DNA of 63,580 bases, the filler included, from Folioceros fuciformis (taxonomy: Eukaryota), in assembly GCA_049999805.1 (NCBI GenBank). It is 8 parts of 8 records of this genome, joined end to end, with 100 filler letters (N's around TTAATTAATTAA, not from the genome) between each part and the next. Parts side by side here need not be neighbours in the genome. Positions count along the whole stretch, not along the records: positions 45,911 to 51,414 come from JBNGIO010001003.1; positions 51,515 to 59,046 come from JBNGIO010001004.1; positions 59,147 to 61,704 come from JBNGIO010001006.1; 5 more parts are not named here. One strand, 5' to 3'. Positions 47,129-60,040 of the stretch are shown here, one piece after another. Position numbers and translations under genes: made by a program. The notes below the pieces were generated by a model. That model saw only the letters and a list, made by a program, of their open reading frames with translations, made no database searches and had not been told where the DNA came from. Numbering within the stretch: the first letter of the stretch is position 1; each line of letters begins with the position of its first letter.

Positions 47129-50100
47129 TTAATCTATGGCAGGCTTGGAACCTGACAGCAATCGGACCTTCTCCTTGCCATATCTTACGACTCGTGATTC
47201 ACCATCATCATACAGGACTGTGAATTGTGACTTTTGTGGAGCAACACCAGCAACAGTGCCCCTGTACCTGCAGAATAACACATTCCACCAAGTTGTAACG
47301 AGCTTCCTCACAACTTTATCACACTTCATGATGCGACAGGAAGACCAAGGTGTGCTCTCCAAACCTCAGGAGAGGCCCTCACCAGGCACCATCGGTTGGC
47401 CAGTACACCTCAATCTTCTTGCTAATTGCATCCCTGCCCAGCCTCTCAAGAATCCAGCAATCATCCCCCACAGCATCTTCCTTTGCCCCGCGTCGGCTAC
47501 GGCTATGAAGGTCCTTGTCTGCGGGAAGCTTTTCACTCTTCTCCTTTTTGTCAACTGCCTCTGGTCTTTTCCTCTTGGATCTCTGCCCTCTTATTGCTGC
47601 CCTATCATCCTCATCCAAAAGCTCCACGTCTCCATTATGATCTTCCGGTAAAGTGCCATTCTTTCTGAACTTCAGCCTCAACGGCATTGATTGGGATTCT
47701 GATTCAACTGCGAACACCTTTGACTTTTTTTGTTTGCTGCTTTTCTTCCCACCGATGTCCACAACCTTTACTCTCCTCCGTGGCATCTCAGGTGAATCAT
47801 CGTCTGCAGCAGTCTGTGACATCAGATCGTCCTCTAGTTCATCAAACTTCCGTTTTCTGTCAGCAGGTGCATCTGAGGAAACCTGCCCGGAAGGACTTTC
47901 ATCTCTGGACGCTACACCATCTGAGTCATCATCATCCTTTGTGCTGACTACGGCAGATCTGGCCTTTTCCTCTGTAGCCGGTGGTCCATCTTTGGACCCT
48001 TTCCAACGCCAGCTCACGCTTGTGTCCATGTCCCGGTACTTTGAGCTTGGTATTCTACGCCGTCGAACACTCTCCGAATGCAGTGCCCATGATTGCGGAG
48101 GAGAGGCTGCCAGAATGAGACGGCAGATCAGAGAGGTCACCTCTATCTTCACCACATGTCGAGTAAGTTACCCAACATTAGTTCACACTTCCAACGGCTG
48201 CATGGAAAACATACCTCCGTGCTGCATAGAAAGATCATCTTCACTGTCTGGTCTCAAGCTCGTATTTCTTGGAGCGGTGACTGCTGACTTCGAACCTTCC
48301 TTCCCTTTCTCATCCTCCAAGGCGGAGGGTACATCCACTTTTCTCTTTTTGTCCTTCGGGATGCTCAGAACTAACTTACCTTTTCCACCCTCTGCTTTGT
48401 CAACTTGACCATCTGCCGTGATCTCCTTGCCTTTGCCGTGGCTCTTTTTAGAGTTCCAATTGCTTGTATTCTTGCTTCCACCATCCAAAGGACCAGCACC
48501 ACTGACTTCTTTTCCATCATTCAGTATGACCCCAGCCTTCGTTGCATTTAACTTCTTCAACTTCCTTTTGGCTAGGTCGTCGCCCGATTGTTGAGCACTT
48601 CCAACCTCACCAGATTGTGCCAGATCTGTTACAAGGCCAGCGTCTGGTTTACCTGTACGCCCAGGGTTATCTGACATTTCAGGAGTCATACTGAGCTTCT
48701 TAACTTTAGTTAGCTTGATTTTGAGGGAGATCTCTTCCTTCGGCTCATCTCCACCATCTGCAATAGGCTGCTTTTTTGATTTTGATTTGGACTTCTTCGA
48801 GAGTTTTTTTAATATGTCCTTTGTCCACTCTGAAGGGGCTTCCTGCTTCTCATCATCCGACGGACATAACCTTAGCAATTCCTCCTGAGATGGTAATTTA
48901 GCAGCAGCTCTTGCTTCTGCAATCTTTTCAGCATCAGCCTCATCCCTCCGCCTCCACAACTCCCGAATAGCGTCATCTGTATCTTCTATCTGCACAGAAT
49001 GTCAGATTTGCTGTAGACCTGGGCAGCATCCAGCCAAATCGCTTCAAAGCTGAAGACCACCACGACAGGCTAGTTAACAAACCTTGTAGTTCTCGCCCCG
49101 ACACACTGGACATTTGTATCTTAAGTTACCGTCATGCTGAAACATCTCATAGCGCTCCTCACTGCAAGTTTTTCGAGGCAACATCAGAACCGATATGCAC
49201 ACTTCCAAGAGAGACTGGCAGAAAATGAAGCAAGCACTAACCCCATTCTTCAAAACATTGTCATGATCTTGTACAAACATTAAACTACAGGAATAGAAGC
49301 CTGATCTAACCTGATGCCATCACAACCAATATGCACCCAATGCTCGCATATGTCACAGCACACCATTGGTAATGGTTCTGAATCCCTGTATACCTGTTCA
49401 ATGGTGCCGCACTGTTGTTAGCCAGCAAACTCCAAATAAAAGTTCAACCCCAAGAGTAGGTAGAATAATGTCTACCTTCAGGCAGACAGGGCAGTACTTT
49501 TGCTTTACAAACAATCTTCCACATGCGTCACAGAAACTGTAACAAAGAAACCACCTGATACCAAACAGAACTTCCAAGTATTTAACATTGCCGTTGAACA
49601 AGAATGAGAATCAAGAAAGGGATACACGGAAATTTCAGAGAAAATATTTTCAACAAGACGTAATTGTAGTAATATCAAGCTAAACCACCAAAAAAACATG
49701 CTCGATGGCATACCTTGAACTGACGCCACTTCCAGGAACAAGAGATGCACAGCTGTGACACTGTGTGTGCTTGGGGCATAGGAAAGGACCTTTCGCCACT
49801 TGCTGCATACAGAGGCTCCAAGTTTAGTGCTGCGAAGGTCACAGCAGGACACCACAGAGGAAGCGAAGGCCTGCACCTGGTAGCAAGAACGAACATACCT
49901 TTATAGCAGGTTGCTGACAGTAAGTGTGATAAGCTCCATCACACCTCTTGCAGAACATTAACTTGTTTGGTTCACCAGAACGGTTGCAAACCTGAAGTCC
50001 AGAACAAGGTTAAGCCTTGCTATCGTGATGGCTCCAAATCATTGATCAGTGCTTCAAAAAAGTGGTCCGTATCTGACCTCACAACGTCTGCAGGCGCCGC

Positions 50101-51016
50101 AAACCCAAGAAGCCCAGTTGAATAAATCTGTGAAGCAGAACAACATAAAGTTCAAAAACGGAATGTTACAAACGTGGAAAGCATGAGAACAGATAGAAAA
50201 ATTGCAAACCTCGGTCCCCTGCCCATTGTTTGATGCATTTTCTGTGGTACTTTTTGGAGCATTCTGAGCAGCCGAGCATTCTGTCCACTTTCTTGCTACC
50301 CGCATTTTCACTAAAGAGACATATCTCACAGACAACTTGGGCACCCAGAGACCTTGGCTCAGTCGACAGTTCTCCAACCTCGGCAATCAGAGCTAGTCCA
50401 TTGGCCCCTTCAGCTTTCATAAGAGCTTCAGCATCTGCAATCTGCATGCAACGCAAACTAGATGTCAGCAGACTTGACCTCCGATGGCCATAGATAAGGA
50501 AAAATGAAGTTAGACATGAAAACCCTAACGAGGTTAATATTCAGTGATTCTCGGGTTTTTTAAGCACTTTCATTTCAAACCCTGCGACGGATGGAATGAT
50601 CATGGATCGAACGAGCGAACGAACAATGAATGCAAGTGTAGATTACTTGGCGAGCTGCGGCGAGGCGAGCTGCATCTGCTGCCTTCTTGGCTTGTTCGGC
50701 CTTTGCTGCAGCTTCGGCCGCGGCGATGGTAGCCACGGTGACTTTCCTCCGCATGACTGCCCTCTTAGCCAGCGTCCCATCTTCCTCTGCATCAGCATCT
50801 GCGACACTATGGCCTGGGGCCTTTGGTTTTTTCTTCCTCTGCTCCTTAGTGATGCGCGGAACCAAGACCTCCACGGTGTCCGCACCGCCCGCCAGCATGA
50901 ATTGCGCATTGGCCAACAGTCGCTGCAGCGCCAGGGCATTTTCCACGAAGTATTGCTTCCCTGCCGGTGTCTGTACCGCTCCAGGGGCTCCCAGAGTGCA
51001 GCGACAAATTTTACGA
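47129..51016 (-). CDS. Multi-PHD-finger protein with C-terminal Tudor-like domain (At3g08020-like), at least 11 exons, 5' end unresolved
   Basis: Spliced motifs RKICRCTLG, CEICLFSE...CSECSKKYHRKC, WVCGACRRCEVC, FCDACGRLFVKQKYCPVCLKVY, CCDICEHWVHIGCDGI, YKCPVCRGE, WILERLGRDAISKKIEVYW...WYRGTV. All internal junctions are GT-AG. Confidence 0.88.
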
Positions 51017-51414
51017 CTGTACAGCAGGGAAGAAGCGATTGGAGTCAACAATGGCAGGCCGGCACTTTCGAAGCACAATCACGGAGAGCTCAAAACCAGG
51101 CAAGCCTAACATCACTACTGCAGCTCCAACAGCACAGTCCGCAAGCAGACTGACGCCCGGAACAGTCCAAGCCTCCCAGCCACATATCAGAGACAGCAAT
51201 GCAGAATCAGAGAGCAGCAGAAGCAGAGAGCAGCAGAAGCAGAGAGCAGCAGAAGATGTGGAACATTTGCACTCTGCCGGACCAAGACCCCAGCAGGATC
51301 CAGCAAATTGGAAAATGCGTCAGGCCAATTACGGGCATGCAGGCTGCAAGAAGAGACTGAATGCGCAGGATTGGCACAAAAAGACGGATATTTAGAGCGG
51401 GTCAAGGTCCAAGA

Positions 51415-51514
51415 NNNNNNNNNNNNNNNNNNNNNNNNNNNNNNNNNNNNNNNNNNNNTTAATTAATTAANNNNNNNNNNNNNNNNNNNNNNNNNNNNNN
51501 NNNNNNNNNNNNNN
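51415..51514. other. Artificial contig linker
   Basis: N44-TTAATTAATTAA-N44. Confidence 0.99.
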
Positions 51515-54309
51515 GAATATTAGTGTCGGAACCCGCATGTTTTAAACACCAAGATAAGAGCTCTTCACCACAAAATTGTCCAGAGCCTAAAACAATTTGG
51601 CTTATCTTAGAGTGGTAGAGAGTGTGGGTACATTCTAGAACTCCTCGTAATATAAATAACATTCTTCGAATTGGATCCCCTTCTCTTATTACCTAGAGCG
51701 GATAAATCCATACTTAAAATTAGAATAGATTACAACAAGATTAAATGGACACAACATCCTTGTGTTTGTTCGATAGGTTGTTACCAATTCATTCTTTATG
51801 AAAAGAAATGGTTTGAGACGATCACACATATTATCCAACACAAGATCATCAAGATGTTGAAAAATTGGCACCTGAATAAATACAAGAATACTAAATTAAC
51901 ATTTTGAGAGAATAAATCTTAAAATATTGAACAAAGATTTTTTTCTTTATACTTTCTTAGGTGAACATAAAAAATTCCTTTTATTCTTGGGAGACCTTAG
52001 CTAAGTTTTATTATTTCAAATGTGCAACATCAATATATACCTGTTGTATAAGATCTATGCATAAGTGTCTCTTAACATCTCGTCTCAATCCTTCAGGAAG
52101 GTCTTGTAATAATTCTTCTTCGTCCACACCCCTCATAGCTGCCCATTTTTCTCGTTCATAATGAAAAACTCTTTTTCTCAAACGAGAAGATATGCGTCGT
52201 CTTTTCATCCACCACCCTAGATCTCTAACCCTTAACTGCATTGCCTCTTTCCTTGTATTCATAGCTTGAAGAAATACCTACTTAAACTTGACGATAGATT
52301 TTGGTCAAGATATTATCAAAACATAATTCCACACAACTAGATATTCATTTACTCAGTCTTCGACAAATGACAATAATTAAACTAAATTTGGATGCCTACT
52401 TGTATGTTACCGATGAGGAGCATGAAAAGAAGTAATCCACATATTACAATGAGAAGGCAAAACACAGTTTCTAGTAAATTATCTGTTGGTGCCAAATTAT
52501 TGCCAAATGTGCTGCCATCAATTAAAAAAATATGCAATAGGTATTACAAGAATTAATTCACACCAAAGTACTGTGAAAGCTGTTTATGCGGCAAGAAAAT
52601 AAAACCTACCTGAAAGTCATTAATCCCCAAAATAATGGATACAGAACACGCTGAACATGATTTTGTTCTGTCACCAATGGGACAGCTGATTCATAGATTC
52701 CATAGTTGTAAGAAGGACTTGATCCAAAACAAGTAGATAAGATAGTAGCATCGGTGCTCCAAGTCGTTTGTTGGCTGTTTGGAATTAAATTTTTATTATA
52801 AAGTGTTCCACCAGGACAACCTATTACTTTGTGATCACATACTGAGATATTGTCACACATTTTGCGCATACACCTTGAAACTCTTTGCATTGTGAGGAGA
52901 TACCATATCGAACCAGCAACCTACATTAATGTAATCAAGAGCATTGATTTCATTACGTAGTATGCATGAAGATAATTAGTATAACTTTTGTAGAGCTTTT
53001 GCACAATTTTGAATAGTCCAAATTCTAATCGTCTTACAAAGGACAGTAATAAAAAAATGTTGAACTACCTCATTATTGAATAGGTGAAATTTGTTATTGA
53101 CCTTACATGGGCACTTATGGAATATGCTATGGCATTGAGAGCGAAACCCCACCATGGTGTTCCAAAGATATATCCGGTCACACGTTGCAATCTTCGCATT
53201 AAGTGAAAAATATGAAATATTTTGATGCTATAATGGCAACAAAAAGTGACTAAAATCACACTTATTATGTAAGTAGATTTCACTCCTTCTCGAATCATCT
53301 TAGGAACAATTACCCAAAGAGTGCACTGCATTAGACAAAACAAGCATTGTCAAGGAGCGGTGGCTTAGTGATTTCTGTATGAACACGTCAAAGCAAGCAA
53401 GGCTTGATAGTGCTTGACAGTGCAAAAATTAAGTACCTCTGCGACTGGCAAAATCATGATAATGTCAAATGCAAATGGGCCTCTAAGATAATGTTTCACT
53501 ATGCGAATTGGATCGAAGATCAACTCCCCTCTTCCTAAACGCATAGAATCCACATACAAATAACTCAATCTACATTGTTGTCTCATGTAGAAAATGATCA
53601 TACCATTGTTTATATTCTTCAGAAGACTCAACACAATTAGAGATTGACCCTCCATATAAACGCACTTAAGATCATGGTGCACAGCAATAACATACAGAAA
53701 TAGTGGATCAATGGCGGCCCCTATGGCGTATGATATAAGCAATGCTTTGTTAATACTTTGAACCCAGTGGCTTCGAGGATCAAGCACCTTTCCAAATACC
53801 CAAGTCTTTAAAGGCTCAGAGAATCTTGGCTTCCACCAATCTCGACGGTTGGATTGAGAGTTTGCTAGAGCACGTCTTCCCGTGCTAATCTCATTATCAA
53901 TGTTCTTTCGGTTTGCCAGCAGAAACACATCATTGAATCGCTCTGCTGTGGCTCTTCTAAGCTTTGTTTGATAGTCCGCTTTCTTGAAACTTCCCTTTTT
54001 TTCTCTGCACATGAAGGAATGAAGGAAAGGAAAAACTTCTGTCATTTTTTGCATGGCTTGATAACACAGGACATTGTCATGTGTTTCAATGTCTTACTTA
54101 TTTAGAGCTTCTTTAGAAGTCTTGTTATTGTGTTCTTGTTCCTCTACTATCTCTTGTTGTGGTGGGGGTTGTGAAATCTCAGGTATTGTTGTTGATCTTG
54201 TCTCAGATTCTTGTACCTCTTCTTCTTCTTGTAGTGGAGTCTCCAACATGAGTTCTTCCACTTCTCTTGATCCTGTCTCTAGCTCCGAGGAGAAATGTGG
54301 GTGGCGCAT
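51515..54309 (-). CDS. Cyclic nucleotide-gated channel, group IVb (CNGC2/CNGC4-like), 3' truncated by contig end
   Basis: VLDPRS...AIDPLFLY, VTGYIFGTPWWGFALN, YPLFWGLMTFSTFGNNL, WWMKRRRISSRLRKRV, RGVDEEELLQDLPEGLRRDVKRHLC, LDNMCDRLKP, VIREGDP, GQFCGEELLSWCL. Confidence 0.92.
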
Positions 54310-55201
54310 ACTTGATATCTACCAAGTTCTTGAATATGTATTAAGATGAATTATATGGTTAAAATTCTTGGATATACACTCTTGCTTGGATATTTTTTTG
54401 CTTATATTATTCATTATTTGTATAAGTAGGTGATTATGTTCTGGCTCAAACTTTCATCCCGTATCATAATGCTCCATATTCGAATTGTTGGTCGTTTACC
54501 TCGCGAGGATCGCTTGGCCTGAATGATTCATGTCCAGCCACTTTTACAGATCTTGTGTTCGAATCAAGAAAGCATGAAGCTGAGGACCTGGATACAAATT
54601 TTATTAACGTTTTCACCTGTTGCTTGTCGGACATTAGGGGAACTGGACATTGCCGGTGACTGACGACGAGGCGACCGGTGATGAGCGGTAAACAAACCGT
54701 CTCACGGTGTCTGGAGCTCAGGTGCGATCTTGGCTTCGGATTGTCTTGAAGCGAGCGAACATCCGGAGGCGATCGTGACGTGGTGCTTCATGCCCGCTCC
54801 GTACAACTGCTCTAAGGACTTGCCGTGTCAGGCTCTTGTGAAGTGTGGAAGATTTCTCCGGTGAGCGTTGGAGCTCTGGATTTCGTGTTGGAAACACGGG
54901 GCTCCAAGTCCAGCTTGAACAATCATTATGCTGCCGACACCTGCTTGATCGTTGCACAAGTTGAGCCGAGCCAACAGAACTTGTGGAGCCCGACGTTCGG
55001 ATCACCTTAGGCAATGCGGCCTTCGTGCATGTGGTAGAAGGGCATGCAAGATTGATGAGCTAGGCAAGGAACATGGTGATGTGCGCCGTGGAGACGGCAT
55101 GTGGGCAGCGTGGGATCGGTTTAGAGGTGGGTGAGGCCATGTTGTCAATGCTGTGGTGCGCCGGAGACGGAGTTTGTGTGTAGTGCTGGGAAAGGCTGGA
55201 A

Positions 55202-57501
55202 ATGGCAGACGCTGTGCTGGAGAAGCTCAATCTGACGCAAGAGGTATTGAGAAGCCGTCTTGGAGAGAATGCTGTGAAGAGCAGCTAGAATTTGAGTTTC
55301 ACACTAGTCACTGCTTGACGATGCCGCAGGAACTGGGCAGGCTGACCAAGGCCATGAAAGACCCTAAGTTCATGGAGTTGCTGGACGAGTACGCCAAGGA
55401 AATCTCGGAGCCTGCGAGCAAGGAGGTTAGGGTGTGGGAGGCTTCGGATTGCAAGGTGCTTGGATTTGCATTGCGAATGGTGATCAACAATGTTTACGTG
55501 GGCAGGAGGCGGAGGGCTACATTAAGATGATGGAGGAGAGGTCCAATTTTTCCATGGATGGCAAGGAACTCATTATTCCTCAGGTTGATTTTTGTGCCAA
55601 GACCAAAAACAAGATCTCCAATGGCAAGGTAAGGTAGAGACGGTTGGCTTGTATGATGGACATGAATTTTCTTCCTGAAGAGCGAGAAGAATTGCAAATG
55701 TTGACAATCTTTCAGGCTCTGGGCAACAATCGGATCTCAGGTGTTCATCAACATATGCCATTCGGACAAAGTAGCTAAACCCACGCCCACTCCAAGGAGC
55801 GACCAGAGTGGAGTTCAGTGGGAGATACCATACAGCTTGGCACCCACCCGGCGGGATAAGGACAAAGGTGGTGCAATTTCTTACAGCGATGCTAGCCACC
55901 AACTGGCCTCGGATTTGTGCATCGTGTGCTGATGACATTCAATTGTCCTCAATTTGTGGGCGCGGATAATGTGTGTTGCAGCGGGGAACGATTGCGAAGT
56001 GCATGACTTCGTGGTGAACACAGAAACGCACACTCGGGCTGAAGAGAGCCTGCGGTTCAAGAACTTCCTGGTGGAAACAGCCATGGATGCTATTGAGAAG
56101 CAGCGGGGCGTGAAGCTGGACAGAGGTAGTACGCACGGCCTGTGGATTGGCTGGGTGCAGCGGGAGGATGATGTCGCATTTGACAACGCACTGTGTCTTG
56201 ACTGCAGACTTCGCTCTGCCCAAGCTGTCATACAAGGGGCCCAACAAGGTTCCAAAGTTGCTTACTGTCTCCAAAGACAAGCTGGCTGCCTCGAACGACA
56301 CGAAAGACAGAGCGGCCGTTTCTGAGGACAAGGTTTCCCCAACACGGGAGAAGGCTGTCGCAAAAGATCCAAGAGGTACAGGACAGTGCCATGCAACCCC
56401 GGTCAGCTTCGTACAGGAGCTCTTGTCATGCATGCCATGACGCTACGAGAGGCTTGACAATATCCCTTCAGAACAGGAGCAAGGAAGAAAAAGGCTGACA
56501 TGGAGAGGCCTAGCGTTCCCAGGTCAAGCCGTTCTAAAGTGAGCAGCGCGGCCCCCAGTGCCCCTAGTCCATGTGCTCGGGGTGGAGATTCCTCTAAGCG
56601 CTCCAGCAATGCATCACCTGAGATGGACAATGCGAGCGAAGCAAGCTATCTGGCCTCCACCTCAGAAGCGTCGGGATCCCACAACTGCCAGGAGGCCAAT
56701 GTGGGCAACGAGGATGATGCCATCGATCCCTCCTACTGCACAAGCCTCATGTCTGGAAAGGAGTCAGGGCCCGTCGAACCGCCCTACGAGCTCGTCTACA
56801 GAAACAAGGTGGACTACGGCGATTTCTGGTAAGTTGATCTGTTGGTGTGCAGCATATGTCTGAGTCCTCCGGGCAATGTCTGTTTCATCACACCACGTTT
56901 CTTGCAGGAACGACAACACGAGACTAGCGAAGGGACAGCCATCGGGCCCTGAAGAAATTTTGCTCCGCGTCTTCCTTCCCGAAGTGGTATTGTCTGCTAC
57001 GTCCATTTCATGAGGAATCCGTGTCGGAAAAATGCTTGCTCTTCTCTTGTCTTGGTAATGTCTTGTCACTCACATACTCTTAATACCCGCTAATTGCCAT
57101 TCTCCACAGAAGTCAGCTGACGACATACAATTGGATGTCTGCGATCGGGACATAGTCTTAAAGGTTCCTGACAAGTACTATCTCAAGGTACAAACAAGTA
57201 GCCCCCACTGTAGTGTGCCTCTGCACCCCTTGCTGCCACCAGTTCGTTCCCCTGATGCCTGCCAATGCATGCCCATGCCCTGTGGACGCAGGTCGGCCTA
57301 TCATACGCTGTGGACGAGTCCCAGAGTGTGGCCAAGTTCGACAAAAACAAGATGAAGCTGGAGGTGACTCTGCCTACTTGCATGTCGGCAAGTCAAAGTG
57401 AAATGGACTCCGTCATTTCGTCGTGCAAGGACTCATCCGAGTCCAACGACATGTCTGAGAAGAATTACGAGGAGGGAGTCGACCAGGAGGAACCCAAGTA
57501 G
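55202..57501 (+). CDS. DNAAF2: Kintoun/PF13 (PIH1 + CS domain) axonemal dynein assembly factor, multi-exon
   Basis: Spliced MADAVLEKLNLTQE|ELGRLTKAMKDPKFMELLDEYAKEISEP, VFINICHSDKV, WEIPYSLAPTRRDKDK, C-terminal CS domain (YAVDESQSVAKFDKNKMKLEVTLP). Stop at 57501. Confidence 0.85.
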
Positions 57502-57633
57502 TCTGGCGATCGGCCCTGCTAGTGTGTGCAAGTGCAAGTGCGAATCCCCGCGCAAAGCAGCACCTGGATAAACAGTTGTAGGCGCTCTTGGCAAAGGAGG
57601 GGCGGATGGTGGTTCACTCACTCGTGTGCCCCA

Positions 57634-59046
57634 CTAGTATATCCCAGCAACAACCTGCAGCCCGGTACGTGGCATGTCGGGGCAAGGCTTGAGAAACGGC
57701 AGCTCCTTGAAGGGGTCGTCAATCCGGAAGCCGTCCGCCCGGCACGCGACCTTGCGAGGCCCGAAATGAAAGCAAGGCTCGCTGGAGGCCCCGAGCCAGC
57801 ACGGATTGTCGGCCCAGGGCTTGAGCTGGTAGGGCACCAAGCCCGACACCCCGTGCGCGAAGTAGCCGAATGTGGACATGTGGCTTGTCATGAGCACGTC
57901 GCTCAAGCTTAGCACCCACATATCCACCAGCGCCTTCTTCAAATGCCCGATATCGTCCATCTGCTCACCGTCCCCGTCCTGCGAGAAGAGGCGGAATCGC
58001 ATCCCTGTGTCCTCCTCTAACTTACCCATGCTGCTCCGCAAGAGCGCCACATGCCGGTTCTCCAGCGACGCCATGAAAACGGAGACGTATTCACGGTTCG
58101 CGGTGGAATTGGCACCTGATCCAGCCGCGGCCCGCTCCAAGGCCTCCTCCACCTCGATGGGGCAGAGGCCGGACTTGGCCTGGATGCAGAGGGGCGCGGC
58201 CTGGTCGTAGTAGGCATGGTACTCGCCCTTGAACTCCCGGACCTGCACCCCGATCCTCCGCACGGCGCCGGACAGGTATTCCCGGTGGAAGGCGTCCACG
58301 GAGCTCCACACCTGGTCGCCGGGATGCAAGATCGCCCGGGCCAGGAGATGGAACACGTTCCGGTCCGGGAAGAGGAGCTCCAGCAGCGGGCGCACCGCGG
58401 GATTGAGGTAGTAGCCCGCCGCGAAGTGCTGGTTGCTGTTGCGGAAATTGAGAAAGGCCACGTCCCTCACCCGCGCCATCTCCGAGGGGCACACCTGAAA
58501 GCCATAGTCCGTGGCGTTCATGTCCGACGAGAACACCACGGACACCACGTCGGCGTCGCACACGCCAGCGCTGCTGGCCCCGCCCCGCCTCCGGCCGCGC
58601 CGGCCTTTGCCGTTCCTTGCTCCCCCGCACTGCCGCGCGCGGAAGCTCGAGAAGGACGGGGACTCGTAGTCCTCCGCCAAGGAGAAGCCCGGGGGCACCT
58701 GCCACCGCGATCCGGGAAACGGCTCACACCACAGCGCCTCCCAGCCGGGGTGATCCACCAGGAGCACCCTCTGTGACAGCACGGCGTGCAGGAAGGCGGA
58801 GGTGAGCGACATAAGTTTGTTCCCCAGCCCGAACGTGCAGCTCCACACCAGGTACTTGCACGTCGGGGTCGAACCCCCTGACGCAGACCGCTTCTTTCCC
58901 TTGCCCGCCATCTCCCGTAGCCTCCCCCGCTCTAGCGCCGTGCAGGAAGCGTGCATCTCAGCGTACTCCCGCAACACCGCCTGCAAATCGGGGATCGCCT
59001 CCGTCGCATAGCGATGCAGCCCCGCGCCCCGCTCCCTCCTGAACCT
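57634..59046 (-). CDS. GT37 xyloglucan-type alpha-1,2-fucosyltransferase, 5' truncated by contig end
   Basis: CKYLVW...GLGNKLMSLTSAFLHAVLSQRVLLVD, CEPFPGSRW, RIGVQVR, KALVDMWVLSLSDVLMTSHMSTFGY, SSEPCFH. Frame is open to the contig edge. Confidence 0.92.
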   Translation of the reverse strand, partial: RFRRERGAGLHRYATEAIPDLQAVLREYAEMHASCTALERGRLREMAGKGKKRSASGGSTPTCKYLVWSCTFGLGNKLMSLTSAFLHAVLSQRVLLVDHPGWEALWCEPFPGSRWQVPPGFSLAEDYESPSFSSFRARQCGGARNGKGRRGRRRGGASSAGVCDADVVSVVFSSDMNATDYGFQVCPSEMARVRDVAFLNFRNSNQHFAAGYYLNPAVRPLLELLFPDRNVFHLLARAILHPGDQVWSSVDAFHREYLSGAVRRIGVQVREFKGEYHAYYDQAAPLCIQAKSGLCPIEVEEALERAAAGSGANSTANREYVSVFMASLENRHVALLRSSMGKLEEDTGMRFRLFSQDGDGEQMDDIGHLKKALVDMWVLSLSDVLMTSHMSTFGYFAHGVSGLVPYQLKPWADNPCWLGASSEPCFHFGPRKVACRADGFRIDDPFKELPFLKPCPDMPRTGLQVVAGIY

Positions 59047-59146
59047 NNNNNNNNNNNNNNNNNNNNNNNNNNNNNNNNNNNNNNNNNNNNTTAATTAATT
59101 AANNNNNNNNNNNNNNNNNNNNNNNNNNNNNNNNNNNNNNNNNNNN
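59047..59146. other. Artificial contig linker
   Basis: N44-TTAATTAATTAA-N44. Confidence 0.99.
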
Positions 59147-59259
59147 GCGCCGGTCTACCGGCGCACACCCACCATCTACCCAGATGACAAAGTGTGCCGG
59201 TCAACCGGCGCACTTCCAATGCCTACATGAAACCTACTTAAAAAAACACGCTTACATAC

Positions 59260-60040
59260 CTTGTTTCTTCTTATTAGACTCGGTTCTTATGTTCCTTTTC
59301 AGGTAATCGCAGGTTGTACATAGCGAAAACCTATTGGTCTTCGGAATTCGCACTTTGTGGAAATGTGAAGCCCACAATTGACATAAATAAGTAACACACA
59401 CTGTATTGTTCCGCTCGTTGCATTTGCTGGTTGTACTCTAAAAAAAATTCCTCTTTTGTGTACGAGTCTGGAAGATGGTACACTTCAATGTTCAGCATGC
59501 GTTCTGCTAGTAGCAAAAATAATTGATCCATCCCACCATAGCGTGGTCTTGGGTGCGCTTCTCTGCACGGACAGAGCCCACCCACACAATGTTATCCAAA
59601 GCTCTTTCTTTCGCAGCCTCGTACCTGTTCACACCGATACAGAAAACTTGTTTAAAGGCGTCCCGACAACAACGTATCTTGGCAGATCCAATAAAAAAGT
59701 CTCCGCTGTACAGCGTCCATCAGTAGCACGATTGACATCGAACAAGGTCTGCAAAAACATTTCTTGCTCTATCCTGCACATGTTTAAAAATTGGTACCTC
59801 AAATCCCGAAAGCCTGGTTTACCTAAGGATCTAAGACACTGCTTTGCACAACATATCCTGCGGTAATCTGCAAAAATACGGATGTCAGAGCACTTTGCCT
59901 CAGGTACAGTCAAGATTTTTTTCTTTCGACTGCGTCGATGATCTCCAGGAGCTTCAATCAGAGATTCGGATGATGGTTTCAGATTGTATGATCTTTGCAC
60001 CGTTGTGCCAATTGTCCTGCCAGCTTCTTCGGACAACACA
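59260..60040 (-). pseudogene. Frameshifted DNA-transposase-like remnant (resembles DUF7869/Sola-like family)
   Basis: Joined frames give CCAKQCL...EQEMFL, CCRDAFKQVFCIG, AERM...YHLP, LWASHFHKVRIPKTNRFSLCTTCDYLK. At least three frameshifts. Family name is from memory, not a search. Confidence 0.5.

Noticed and set aside
58091-58776. Additional ORFs overlapping the fucosyltransferase
   Set aside because: Expected from very high GC content and stop-codon scarcity.
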